A DNA stretch of 32,000 nucleotides, taken from Promethearchaeota archaeon (GTDB taxonomy: Archaea; Asgardarchaeota; Lokiarchaeia; Sigyniarchaeales; Promethearchaeaceae). The DNA lies in the NCBI GenBank assembly GCA_016933055.1, contig JAFGBS010000019.1:120001-152000 (forward strand), in the 5' to 3' direction. The notes beneath the pieces are model-generated. The model was not told the DNA's origin and did no database searches. It saw only the letters and a list, made by a program, of their open reading frames with translations. Position 1 is the stretch's first letter, and each line of letters opens with the position of its first letter. Positions 18,096-26,627 of the stretch are shown here, one piece after another. The position numbers and the translations under genes were made by a program.

Positions 18096-19838
18096 TTATT
18101 GATAAAGATACATGAATCTCTCCATGTAATACAAAAATATTTGGTTATAATACCCTTCAAAAAACATATCCGATACATGCACTGCAAAATAGAAAGGTAA
18201 AGTTGCACACGGTCTACTTGCAGAATCATAAGCATCTTGGAGTAATTGTGTTTCTTCAGGTTCTACCTCGTGATCCAAGTTTCCTTGAAAAATTAAACAA
18301 GGTGGCGAGGTGGAGTCCACAAGCTTAAAGGGTTCCAATAATTCGGGGGAACCTGCTATTTCTCCCACAGCCCCTTGAACCCAAGGATAAAAAGGAATAA
18401 TCCCTTTTACAGCAAATGATGATTCTAGTCCTCCATAGAATGTATAATTGGCGTGTACTAATGTAAATCCGGTGGTAACTGTAAGTAATCCCCCTGCTGA
18501 TCCTCCAGATATAAATACGGAATTGAGATTGGCTCCATAACTGTTGTTGTTTAATAAATATTGCATAAATTCTCCCACATGGCGCATAATATCATCAATC
18601 GTGAAATTTCCCATAACATGGGAAGGAGTTAAGGCATTTCCCGTGGGGATGGGTTCAGCTGAGTAAAGACCATATTGAACATCAAATACTACATATCCTT
18701 GAGAGGCAAAATAATAGTTCATCTTCTGCATATTCGGCAAACCCTTATCATACCACTGAAGCGAACCTCCATGGAATCGAATTAAAGTACTATTCTTCCC
18801 TGGTAGTAACGTTGTGTTACGCGTAGGCATGTACACATCAAAATACAATGTTATATTTTCGTCCTTTGGTTCTCCACTCAAAGATCCATTATAATATAGA
18901 ACATCTCTTTCCACCACGTAATCATTAGGATGCATACCTAAGAGGTATTTCGAGAACGAATAGGGAGTACGAGTCATATATTTCTCGTCAGCTGAGGGGA
19001 TGGATTGCCAAGAAGAACCAAAAGCAGTTGTAAATCGATTGTTTGCAATCACGATTTCAGGGGTTGTCATCGTAGCAGGAATCAAATGAACTGCAGAAAT
19101 TGCTAATCCAATTGTCAATACGGAATAGAAGTACACCTTCTTTCTCTTGGGGATTAACCGCAATGCCAGAATCGTTGCAGTAATGAAAAAAATTGCTAAA
19201 TATAATGCACACTCAGAAATGAAATATTCCGCAATACTAAGTGCACTTAACCACATAATTTTCCCTGTAAAAATCGTTATACTAGTATAAACACCTAAAC
19301 TAAGCAATAGAAAACACACTATTTGTCCGATAATTGCACCTACTCTCTGCATCTTAGTTCGTTCGGTGACCGGATCACTAGTTACTCGAGTTTCCTCAGT
19401 AACCTGTTTAGTTGCGAAAATTGAGTAAATCGTCCCCAGCACCAACATACCAAAAAAGCCTCCCATGTTGAGAAGTAATCCGGCGATATTGTCTCTAAAT
19501 GAGGGTTCATACTCGATTTGAACTAACACATTTCCCCCTAGCATTAATAATACAGCTAAAATCGCATAAACCAAATACACCACTGAAATTATTCTTAAAC
19601 CATTTTGTGTCTTCCTTGGAACGGTCTCAATGCGATCATGATTTAACGTTATGATCCAATTAAAGAGAAAAGTTACGAATAACACAAATCCTAATACATT
19701 GGAAACATAATCATAGAATCGAAAAATATAATAGAAGATTCCAAACACTATGGATATAATATTAAGAGTTAGAGTAGTGTAGATAAAGTTCCGATACATC
19801 AATTTTTTGTTAACAGATTTTTCTTCCATGGTTTTCAT
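18096..19838 (-). CDS. Multi-TM membrane-anchored alpha/beta hydrolase (esterase/lipase)
   Basis: About 7-8 N-terminal TM helices; C-terminal FDVYMP, FHGGS, nucleophile motif GGSAGG, QGNLD (Asp), HVSD (His). Confidence 0.88.
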   Translation of the reverse strand: MKTMEEKSVNKKLMYRNFIYTTLTLNIISIVFGIFYYIFRFYDYVSNVLGFVLFVTFLFNWIITLNHDRIETVPRKTQNGLRIISVVYLVYAILAVLLMLGGNVLVQIEYEPSFRDNIAGLLLNMGGFFGMLVLGTIYSIFATKQVTEETRVTSDPVTERTKMQRVGAIIGQIVCFLLLSLGVYTSITIFTGKIMWLSALSIAEYFISECALYLAIFFITATILALRLIPKRKKVYFYSVLTIGLAISAVHLIPATMTTPEIVIANNRFTTAFGSSWQSIPSADEKYMTRTPYSFSKYLLGMHPNDYVVERDVLYYNGSLSGEPKDENITLYFDVYMPTRNTTLLPGKNSTLIRFHGGSLQWYDKGLPNMQKMNYYFASQGYVVFDVQYGLYSAEPIPTGNALTPSHVMGNFTIDDIMRHVGEFMQYLLNNNSYGANLNSVFISGGSAGGLLTVTTGFTLVHANYTFYGGLESSFAVKGIIPFYPWVQGAVGEIAGSPELLEPFKLVDSTSPPCLIFQGNLDHEVEPEETQLLQDAYDSASRPCATLPFYFAVHVSDMFFEGYYNQIFLYYMERFMYLYQ

Positions 19839-19950
19839 CGTTTTAGTGATGTACTAGTTTTTTCTACTATTTTAATCTAGTATCCATTTGAATATCGAAC
19901 TATATCTGGAAGTTAGCAAGCTGGGAGAAGTATAATGAAATAAAAATAAG

Positions 19951-20025
19951 CGGGTCCGACAGGATTCGAACCTGTGACACTCGGCTCCGAAGGCCGATGC
20001 CCTATCCTGGCTAGACTACGGACCC
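19951..20025 (-). tRNA. tRNA-Arg(UCG), intronless, CCA not encoded
   Basis: GGGTCCG/CGGACCC acceptor stem, TCGGC-CT-TCG-GA-GCCGA anticodon arm, ACAGG-TTCGAAT-CCTGT T-arm; 75 nt. Confidence 0.97.
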
Positions 20026-20102
20026 ATGGCTATTATTACTAATCTCAAAACCAAGAGAAAATAATAAATGACGTGAAATAAATCTTTCCACTCTGAAGCC
20101 CG

Positions 20103-20435
20103 TTATTTAGAGTTTGATGTATTGTGATCCCGTTTTTTCTTCAAAAAGTCGGGAACCATCTTTGGTAAACTGAGTATGTTCTCTACAACGTTTTGAGTCA
20201 GATTTTTCCCTAAGGTCTGCAAACTTTCATTTAAGGACTCCACTTGAATTTCAAACACCTTTGCTAATTTGTTTACGGATTCTGTGAGATTGTGTAGTTG
20301 TTCTTTGAGGTTTTTCGTTTCATTTTTGAATTCGCTTAAATCTTGTGACATTGTATGAATTGAGACTTCTAATTTCCCTGTAGTTTTTTCTAGTTGTTGC
20401 ATTTTCTCAGTGAGTTTGTTAATTCCAAAGGGCAT
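20103..20435 (-). CDS. Small coiled-coil hypothetical protein
   Basis: Continuous heptad pattern over about 80 aa, basic KKKR near the C-terminus. Confidence 0.65.
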   Translation of the reverse strand: MPFGINKLTEKMQQLEKTTGKLEVSIHTMSQDLSEFKNETKNLKEQLHNLTESVNKLAKVFEIQVESLNESLQTLGKNLTQNVVENILSLPKMVPDFLKKKRDHNTSNSK

Positions 20436-20599
20436 AACATACAGATGACGCCGAAATTAAAAAAAATTTCTGGGATTGTTAATTTAGGGGAATTTTTCGA
20501 ATTGAATCATAGTGGATTTTGTCGGAACTTTCTCCGTGTTTTAGAACCCTATTACAAATGGCAGGTGTGATGCTTATCGTTGAAGTTCAACCCCAATTA

Positions 20600-21457
20600 A
20601 TGGAATGGCGGCAAGTTAATTTTAAACACAAGAAGATTGTCGAAGTACCACGACCATTCATTAAGTGGGTAGGCGGAAAACGGCAACTAATACCTCAATT
20701 AACGCAACATTTTCCGAAAAATTTCAATAAATATATTGAGCCTTTTGTTGGAGGAGGAGCTGTTTTTTTTTATTTACTTCCGCAGAAAGCAGTATTAATT
20801 GACAATAATCCCGAACTGATCAACGCCTATCAAGTAATCAAGCATAAGGTAGAGGAATTAATCGAATCCCTTAAATATCACGTAAATATGAAAGAATATT
20901 TCTATAAAATTCGGAGCATTGACCGAGATCCCGTCCAATTTAGGGATTTGGACAAAGTTGAACGGGCGTCACGCACAATTTATCTAAATAAAACCTGCTA
21001 TAATGGATTATATCGGGTGAATAAGAAAAATCAGTTTAACACTCCCTTTGGTCGCTATAAAAATCCGAAAATTTGTGATGAACTAAATTTACGTGCAGTA
21101 AGTATCGCTCTTAGAAATGTTAAGATCCAACTGGAAGATTTTGCTAGTTGCATCGAGAGTGCAAAATCCGGTGATTTTATTTATATGGATTGCCCTTATC
21201 ATCCTACCAGTGATACCGCAAATTTTACCAGTTATACGATGGAGGATTTCGGTACAGGGGAGCAAAAAAGGCTTAAACAGGTATTTAAACAATTGGATTC
21301 CAAAGGATGTTCCGTGCTATTAAGTAATTCGTATACTCCTTTCATTTTAGAATTGTATAATGAATTTTCGATTCACATTTTGCACGCCACTCGGGCGGTC
21401 AATTGCGATCCCTCAAAACGGGGAAAAATTCAAGAAGTTCTAATCTCTAACAAATAG
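20600..21457 (+). CDS. dam: Dam/DpnII-family DNA adenine methyltransferase (orphan); likely start ATG 20600
   Basis: PFIKWVGGKRQL, YIEPFVGGGAV, YLNKTCYNGLYRVN, FNTPFGRY, motif IV as DCPY, LLSNS, EVLISN. Confidence 0.92.
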   Translation: MEWRQVNFKHKKIVEVPRPFIKWVGGKRQLIPQLTQHFPKNFNKYIEPFVGGGAVFFYLLPQKAVLIDNNPELINAYQVIKHKVEELIESLKYHVNMKEYFYKIRSIDRDPVQFRDLDKVERASRTIYLNKTCYNGLYRVNKKNQFNTPFGRYKNPKICDELNLRAVSIALRNVKIQLEDFASCIESAKSGDFIYMDCPYHPTSDTANFTSYTMEDFGTGEQKRLKQVFKQLDSKGCSVLLSNSYTPFILELYNEFSIHILHATRAVNCDPSKRGKIQEVLISNK

Positions 21458-21476
21458 AAATTTTTTAAAGGATTTT

Positions 21477-21950
21477 ATGACATTCCTCCTTATGCCCGAT
21501 AAAGATCGGATCGAATTGATTTATACATGGATTTATTCCATCAGCACAATGGTCATTAGTGGGATTTCAGTCATTCTTTTATTTGCAACTAAATTTGTGC
21601 AATGGAAATCCACAAGTATCGTTCAGGTTCGTCTTAGTTCCGAGTTTCGTTTATCCGTTCTAGTTATTCTTCCCTTAATTCTTGGATTTGCTAGTACAGG
21701 TACTCTTTCCGGAATGATTCTGTTTATGAAAAATGGCGATAAGGACAAATGGAATTTACTAATATTTTGGGTATCACTCGGGATCCTCACTGCAACAATA
21801 ATAGCGGGAGGTGCTTTTTTGATTGCACTTTCCGCCATAACCACCAGCTGGTTTTATGGTACTTCATTTATTGGAAGTTTGATAGGTTCCTCTGGAATTG
21901 CCCTAAGTTCCTTTTTGTTTTATAAGATCAAAGATGAAATTCGTACATAA
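21477..21950 (+). CDS. Hypothetical 4-TM membrane protein
   Basis: Four hydrophobic segments; starts 19 nt after dam. Confidence 0.65.
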   Translation: MTFLLMPDKDRIELIYTWIYSISTMVISGISVILLFATKFVQWKSTSIVQVRLSSEFRLSVLVILPLILGFASTGTLSGMILFMKNGDKDKWNLLIFWVSLGILTATIIAGGAFLIALSAITTSWFYGTSFIGSLIGSSGIALSSFLFYKIKDEIRT

Positions 21951-21992
21951 TTATTTCATAAAATTTTAATTTATCTGCAGCAATCATGCGTT

Positions 21993-23450
21993 ATGAATCA
22001 AAAACACCCTCTTATTCTTGAAATTAACACATTACCATGGTTATATCACCTCTCCCAAAAAGAACAGAAAGAAATCACGCTTAAAAATATTCCAACAGAA
22101 ATTTTGGATGAATTCCGTCATTATAATGCAATATGGTTAATGGGTGTATGGGAAAGAAGTGAAGAGAGTGTCAAGATTGCTAAGGAGCATATTGGGCTCC
22201 AAGGAGAATATAAATCCGCGTTGCCCGATTTTTCCAAAGAAGATGTAATAGGTTCTCCTTATGCTGTAAAAAATTATGCCCCCGACTTTCGAATTGGGGG
22301 AAAAGAGGGTCTAAAAGCATTCCACGACACCCTAAGATATCTTGGGAAATCCTTAATTCTAGATTTTGTTCCAAATCATACGGCAATAGACCACCCTTGG
22401 GTGAAAAGTCACCCCGAATATTATATACAAGGAGATTTCAACGATCTATTAGAAAATCCCGATTTATTTGTAAAAATTTCAAGCAAATTATATGCACATG
22501 GAAAAGATCCCTACTTTCCTCCGTGGACGGATACCTTACAAGTAAATGCGTTTTCTGAAGATTATAGAGACCAGACGATTAGAACTCTTCATGAAATTCA
22601 ACAATATTGTGAAGGTGTTCGATGTGATATGGCAATGTTATTGGTAAGTTCGGTATTTGAAACAACATGGGGAAAATATGTCCCTAAGAGTCAACATACC
22701 GAATTTTGGAAAGAAATTATACCTTCCATCAAACAGAATAATTCGAATTTTAAATTTATCGCAGAAGTATATTGGGATATGGAATGGGAATTGTTACAAC
22801 AAGGTTTTGATTATTGTTATGATAAAACCTTATATGATCGATTATTATCCGATCCTCCCCGATCCATTCGATCTCATCTTCAAGCAGATTGGGACTATTC
22901 TACAAAATTAGTTCGATTTATTGAAAATCATGATGAAAAACGTGCCATTTCCTCATTTGGATTAGAAGAATCCATGTGTGCCGCTACTATTGCTATGTGT
23001 CTCCCAGGTGCGCGTTTAGTTTATTATGGTCAACAATTGGGATTCCGAACCAAATTGCCTATTCAACTGCGAAGATGGTCTAAGGAGGAAGAAAATACGA
23101 AAATTAAGCATTTTTATGAAGAGTTACTTTCTATTGTTCATAAATATCTCACAGAGAGTAATTTATGGAACTTAGGACGAGCCACAAAAAAAAATACTCC
23201 TGAATGGGAAAATCCCATGGTCTCGTATTATTGGAATCTCAGTGGATTCCTAATATATGTGATAGTAAATTTCTCTTCCCAAAATGTCAATTGTGTCTTG
23301 GATTTAACTTCTCATCGACAAGATATCAGCTATGAAATCACATCTTTGTTACACCGAAATGCCGAAAAGTTAGAATGTACTCTAAATAATCCAGTGCTTG
23401 AATTAAATTTTGATCCATGGGGCCTTCAGATACTAAAATTATCTTATTAG
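21993..23450 (+). CDS. GH13 alpha-amylase-family glycosidase, cytoplasmic
   Basis: GSPYAV, LDFVPNH, nucleophile RCDMA, acid/base AEVY, ENHDE; no signal peptide. Confidence 0.92.
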   Translation: MNQKHPLILEINTLPWLYHLSQKEQKEITLKNIPTEILDEFRHYNAIWLMGVWERSEESVKIAKEHIGLQGEYKSALPDFSKEDVIGSPYAVKNYAPDFRIGGKEGLKAFHDTLRYLGKSLILDFVPNHTAIDHPWVKSHPEYYIQGDFNDLLENPDLFVKISSKLYAHGKDPYFPPWTDTLQVNAFSEDYRDQTIRTLHEIQQYCEGVRCDMAMLLVSSVFETTWGKYVPKSQHTEFWKEIIPSIKQNNSNFKFIAEVYWDMEWELLQQGFDYCYDKTLYDRLLSDPPRSIRSHLQADWDYSTKLVRFIENHDEKRAISSFGLEESMCAATIAMCLPGARLVYYGQQLGFRTKLPIQLRRWSKEEENTKIKHFYEELLSIVHKYLTESNLWNLGRATKKNTPEWENPMVSYYWNLSGFLIYVIVNFSSQNVNCVLDLTSHRQDISYEITSLLHRNAEKLECTLNNPVLELNFDPWGLQILKLSY

Positions 23451-23505
23451 ATCATTTTTCGTTTTATCCTTATTTATGAAATGGGTATAATTGGACCCAC
23501 AAACC

Positions 23506-23572
23506 TTTAAATACTCTTTATCAGATACTATTCATAATATAGTATTCTATGAGTAACTCTTGAAAATACTAT
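23506..23572 (+). promoter_or_regulatory. PadR operon promoter: TATA TTTAAATA (23506-23513), palindrome ATACTAT-N7-ATAGTAT (23525-23545), extra half-site ATACTAT (23566-23572)
   Basis: Read directly from the sequence; the palindrome lies where the start site is expected downstream of the TATA box. Confidence 0.65.
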
Positions 23573-23587
23573 TTAACACAAAAGTGA

Positions 23588-24166
23588 TTGAAATTGATTA
23601 AAAGAATTAAGCATTATGACTTGGATCCCGATAAAAAACAGGAATATCTGTTCACTCGGGAAGATTTTCGCAGTTATGTCGAAAACTGGGAGTCAGAACT
23701 ACTACGAGGAATCTCTACTCTGGCTGTTCTGGCAGTGATTGATTCTAGTGATTCTGGAAAGGGAAGATATGGATATGACATTTTAAATGAACTGAAGACT
23801 CAGACCAACAACATGTTGATTTTAGAAGAAGGAAACTTATATCCAACGTTACGAAAATTAAAAGATGCAGGGATATTGGAAACAAAAGAAGATTACGAAG
23901 GGAAACGGAAACGTATTTTTTACCGATTAACCGCGTATGGGAAATTAGTATATAGTCATATCAGCGGAGCCTTTTCTAAATTAGTTGAATCTATGTCGGA
24001 GATGATAAAGATTGATGTACAATTAAAAACCGAAAAATATATCTATTGTCCAAATTGTAGTATGCGTTACTCGGATAGTGAGTTAGAAAAAGGTCAACAA
24101 TACTGCAGTGCATGCGGTTTTCACATAGCCGAATTTGTTAATCAATTATATGAAAGAGGTAAATAA
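23588..24166 (+). CDS. PadR-family transcriptional regulator with C-terminal zinc ribbon
   Basis: YGYDIL, EEGNLYPTLRKL, RKRIFYRLTAYGK winged helix; CPNC...CSACG. Confidence 0.9.
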   Translation: MKLIKRIKHYDLDPDKKQEYLFTREDFRSYVENWESELLRGISTLAVLAVIDSSDSGKGRYGYDILNELKTQTNNMLILEEGNLYPTLRKLKDAGILETKEDYEGKRKRIFYRLTAYGKLVYSHISGAFSKLVESMSEMIKIDVQLKTEKYIYCPNCSMRYSDSELEKGQQYCSACGFHIAEFVNQLYERGK

Positions 24167-24167
24167 A

Positions 24168-25238
24168 ATGAGCGAACTATCAAATCAAAAGCAATTAATA
24201 CAAGAATTTTTGAAAGAAGTAAAAAATAAGCTACCAGGATGGTTAAAAGATAATAAATCCGAATTACAAGACGTTCTAAGCGAACTAGAAACTCACATAT
24301 GGGAAAAGTCTGAGGAAATTGCTGGAGCTCAAGAGGTGCAAGTGCATCATATTGAACAAGCAATTCAAGCGATGGGTAATTCTCGAGATATTGCAGCGGA
24401 ATATAAAAAGCGGGGAACCCCAAAAATATGGATATCTAAAGAGTTGTTCCCAGCTTATCTAAAAACATTGGGGATTGTAATTGGAGTAATAGTTGGAATA
24501 AATATTATCGGATTCATAATTAATGTTTTGGAGAATCCGGGAGACAATTCCGTCTACAGTGATCTATGGAGTATTTTCTCCGCTTCGTGGGGAGCATTAT
24601 TCATAGTTACCGTCATTTTTGTAGCACTGTCTGTTGAAGGTTATTTGCCTGAGGATTTTAAAAAAGCAAAAGGCAGATATCAACTCAAATCTATCCCCTC
24701 GGATAAAGCCGATACACTAGAAAAACTTGATAGACAATGGGAAGAAAAACGACCCAAACAAGTCAAACCCCCATTAAAACGTGGGGAGTTACTTGTAGGG
24801 GGGATTATTGCACTCATCTTTGGAATTATAATGCTAGCTCAAGGACCGGGTATTTCTAACTATTTAGGTCCAGAAATGTCCCGATGGTTACAAATAGCAG
24901 GTCTGTTCACTATCATCGGAGGATTCATTAAAGTAAACCAATCCATTATTGACTTGACCAACTACACTGCTCAACGAATTTTGATCATAATGGGTACAAT
25001 CGTTGATCTGGTGTTTATTCCATTCCTATTGAAATTAGGTGAAGCCATCTTAAGTGTTCCTGTGGTACATGCATTGCAGGTAACAGATCTGGAAGTCTAT
25101 AATGCTATTGGGTTGGCGTTTAAGGTGGTCATCGGTGTATCGATATTTGGGACGGTAATTGGAACGATCTCTAATATCTATAAAGTAATCACGCTTCAAA
25201 TGAAATTTGAAGAGTATTTCCGCTATTCTGAAATCTAA
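24168..25238 (+). CDS. Membrane protein with N-terminal HAAS-like domain (PadR partner); likely start ATG 24168
   Basis: IQEFLKEVKNKLP...DVLSELETHI...AIQAMGNSRDIAAEY followed by about 6 TM segments; starts 1 nt after the padR stop. Confidence 0.8.
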   Translation: MSELSNQKQLIQEFLKEVKNKLPGWLKDNKSELQDVLSELETHIWEKSEEIAGAQEVQVHHIEQAIQAMGNSRDIAAEYKKRGTPKIWISKELFPAYLKTLGIVIGVIVGINIIGFIINVLENPGDNSVYSDLWSIFSASWGALFIVTVIFVALSVEGYLPEDFKKAKGRYQLKSIPSDKADTLEKLDRQWEEKRPKQVKPPLKRGELLVGGIIALIFGIIMLAQGPGISNYLGPEMSRWLQIAGLFTIIGGFIKVNQSIIDLTNYTAQRILIIMGTIVDLVFIPFLLKLGEAILSVPVVHALQVTDLEVYNAIGLAFKVVIGVSIFGTVIGTISNIYKVITLQMKFEEYFRYSEI

Positions 25239-25240
25239 AT

Positions 25241-26365
25241 TCAATAGATTCTATTCTTTTTATTTAATATTTCTGTTTGGATAATGTCTTTTAATTTAGG
25301 TAATGCATGGATATAAAACTGTTTCCAACCAGAGCACAAAGAAGAAAGGGATGATGGACGGGTCCAATCGGAATACCCACGAAACTTCTGGCAATCCCCA
25401 TTACATAATAACAAGTAATCACATTTCCTACATATTTCAGAATATTGAGATTTCTGGGATGCAAATTTTCTGAATATTTCGGAATTGAGTAATTCTTCCC
25501 ACGTATTTTCCAAGATGTTTCCTATTTTCAAATCATCCTGTACAAAGAAATCACAGGGATATACATCCCCATTTGCTTCAACGACAAAATATGTATTACA
25601 TGCTTTTCCCATCTGGCATATATTGTACCTCCCATACACAAGATATTCAATCACTGAATCAAAATGACGGATGGACACGCGATGAATATCATCCTTTACC
25701 CATTCATCAAAGATATCGCACATGAATTTACCCCATTCTTCCCCCGAAATGGCATACGGCTCAAGTTTGTTGTCCTTATTCCATTCAACGCAAGGGATAT
25801 ATTGATGATAATAGAAATGTTGATTTTTAAGATATCGATAGACTTGTTTTGCACGTCTTACATTTGCTTGAGTGACCAATGTCAAAATATTGAATTCTAC
25901 TTGATGTCTTTTAAGAATATTAATGCCACCCATAACCATATGATGAGTAGGTTTTCCATCTTGAGTTTTTCGATATTTATTATGAATTTCTGGAGGTCCA
26001 TCAATACTTACTCCAACGAGAAAATGATAGTTATAGAATAATTTCGCTAACTCCTCAGTTATAGCGATACCGTTCGTTTGGAATCCGTTTGCTACTTGAC
26101 TACCTGATTTACCATATTCTTTTTGATATTTAACAACATTTTGGTAAAATTCATAACCCATTAAGGTGGGTTCGCCACCTTGGAATGCGAACCCGTATAC
26201 TGGTTGTGGCGTTGCCATATAGGACTTCACAAGATGCTCCAATACCTCATTCGACATTCGTGGTGATGGCTTATGAGGATCTAAATGATCGAGATAAAAA
26301 CAATAATCACATTTTAGGTTGCAACTTGCACCTGCGGGTTTGATGAGGAGGGAAAAGGGACGCAA
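25241..26365 (-). CDS. Anaerobic sulfatase maturase-type radical SAM/SPASM enzyme (TTG start)
   Basis: LLIKPAGASCNLKCDYCFYL, FQGGEPTL, QTNG, GVSIDGP, SPASM CQMGKAC...GDVYPCDFFV...CRKC...CNGDCQKFR. Confidence 0.93.
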   Translation of the reverse strand: MRPFSLLIKPAGASCNLKCDYCFYLDHLDPHKPSPRMSNEVLEHLVKSYMATPQPVYGFAFQGGEPTLMGYEFYQNVVKYQKEYGKSGSQVANGFQTNGIAITEELAKLFYNYHFLVGVSIDGPPEIHNKYRKTQDGKPTHHMVMGGINILKRHQVEFNILTLVTQANVRRAKQVYRYLKNQHFYYHQYIPCVEWNKDNKLEPYAISGEEWGKFMCDIFDEWVKDDIHRVSIRHFDSVIEYLVYGRYNICQMGKACNTYFVVEANGDVYPCDFFVQDDLKIGNILENTWEELLNSEIFRKFASQKSQYSEICRKCDYLLLCNGDCQKFRGYSDWTRPSSLSSLCSGWKQFYIHALPKLKDIIQTEILNKKNRIY

Positions 26366-26391
26366 AGGACATTACTCCATAATTTAAAAAA

Positions 26392-26514
26392 TGGTGGGAG
26401 GGGGGCGATTTGAACGCCCGACCACCCGGTCCCAAACCGGGTATCATACCAAGTTGTCCCGATCGCGCCCAGTTTTCATAAAACCTCGGCACACATCGCC
26501 TAGACAACCCTCCC
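26392..26514 (-). tRNA. tRNA-Pro(UGG) with encoded CCA and a 46-nt intron in the D-loop (position 15/16)
   Basis: Exon 1 GGGAGGGTTGTCTAG (26514-26500); exon 2 CTTGGTATGATACCCGGTTTGGGACCGGGTGGTCGGGCGTTCAAATCGCCCCCCTCCCACCA (26453-26392). Spliced product is a 77-nt cloverleaf. Confidence 0.93.
26454..26499 (-). other. Non-canonical tRNA intron with relaxed bulge-helix-bulge junction
   Basis: GCGATGTGTGCCGAGGTTTTATGAAAACTGGGCGCGATCGGGACAA. Exon GTCT pairs with intron GGAC, 3-nt bulge AG/G, inner helix CGAT/ATCG, then an imperfect hairpin. Confidence 0.88.
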
Positions 26515-26627
26515 GCGGAATATTTTGGATTTAATTTCATGAATCTTGAATATCACGGTTAGAGTACATTTCCTACACTCCATAAAAACTAAAAAGTTTT
26601 TCTTTTGAAAGCGAGAAAAATGGGAAC

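Noticed and set aside
19951-26514. Possible integrated island between or next to the two tRNAs (dam, amylase, PadR, maturase)
   Set aside because: No integrase or transposase, and I found no duplicated tRNA 3' end (att site) by eye.
26307-26540. 77-aa minus-strand ORF
   Set aside because: It runs through the tRNA-Pro gene and intron; chance open frame in a GC-rich RNA gene.
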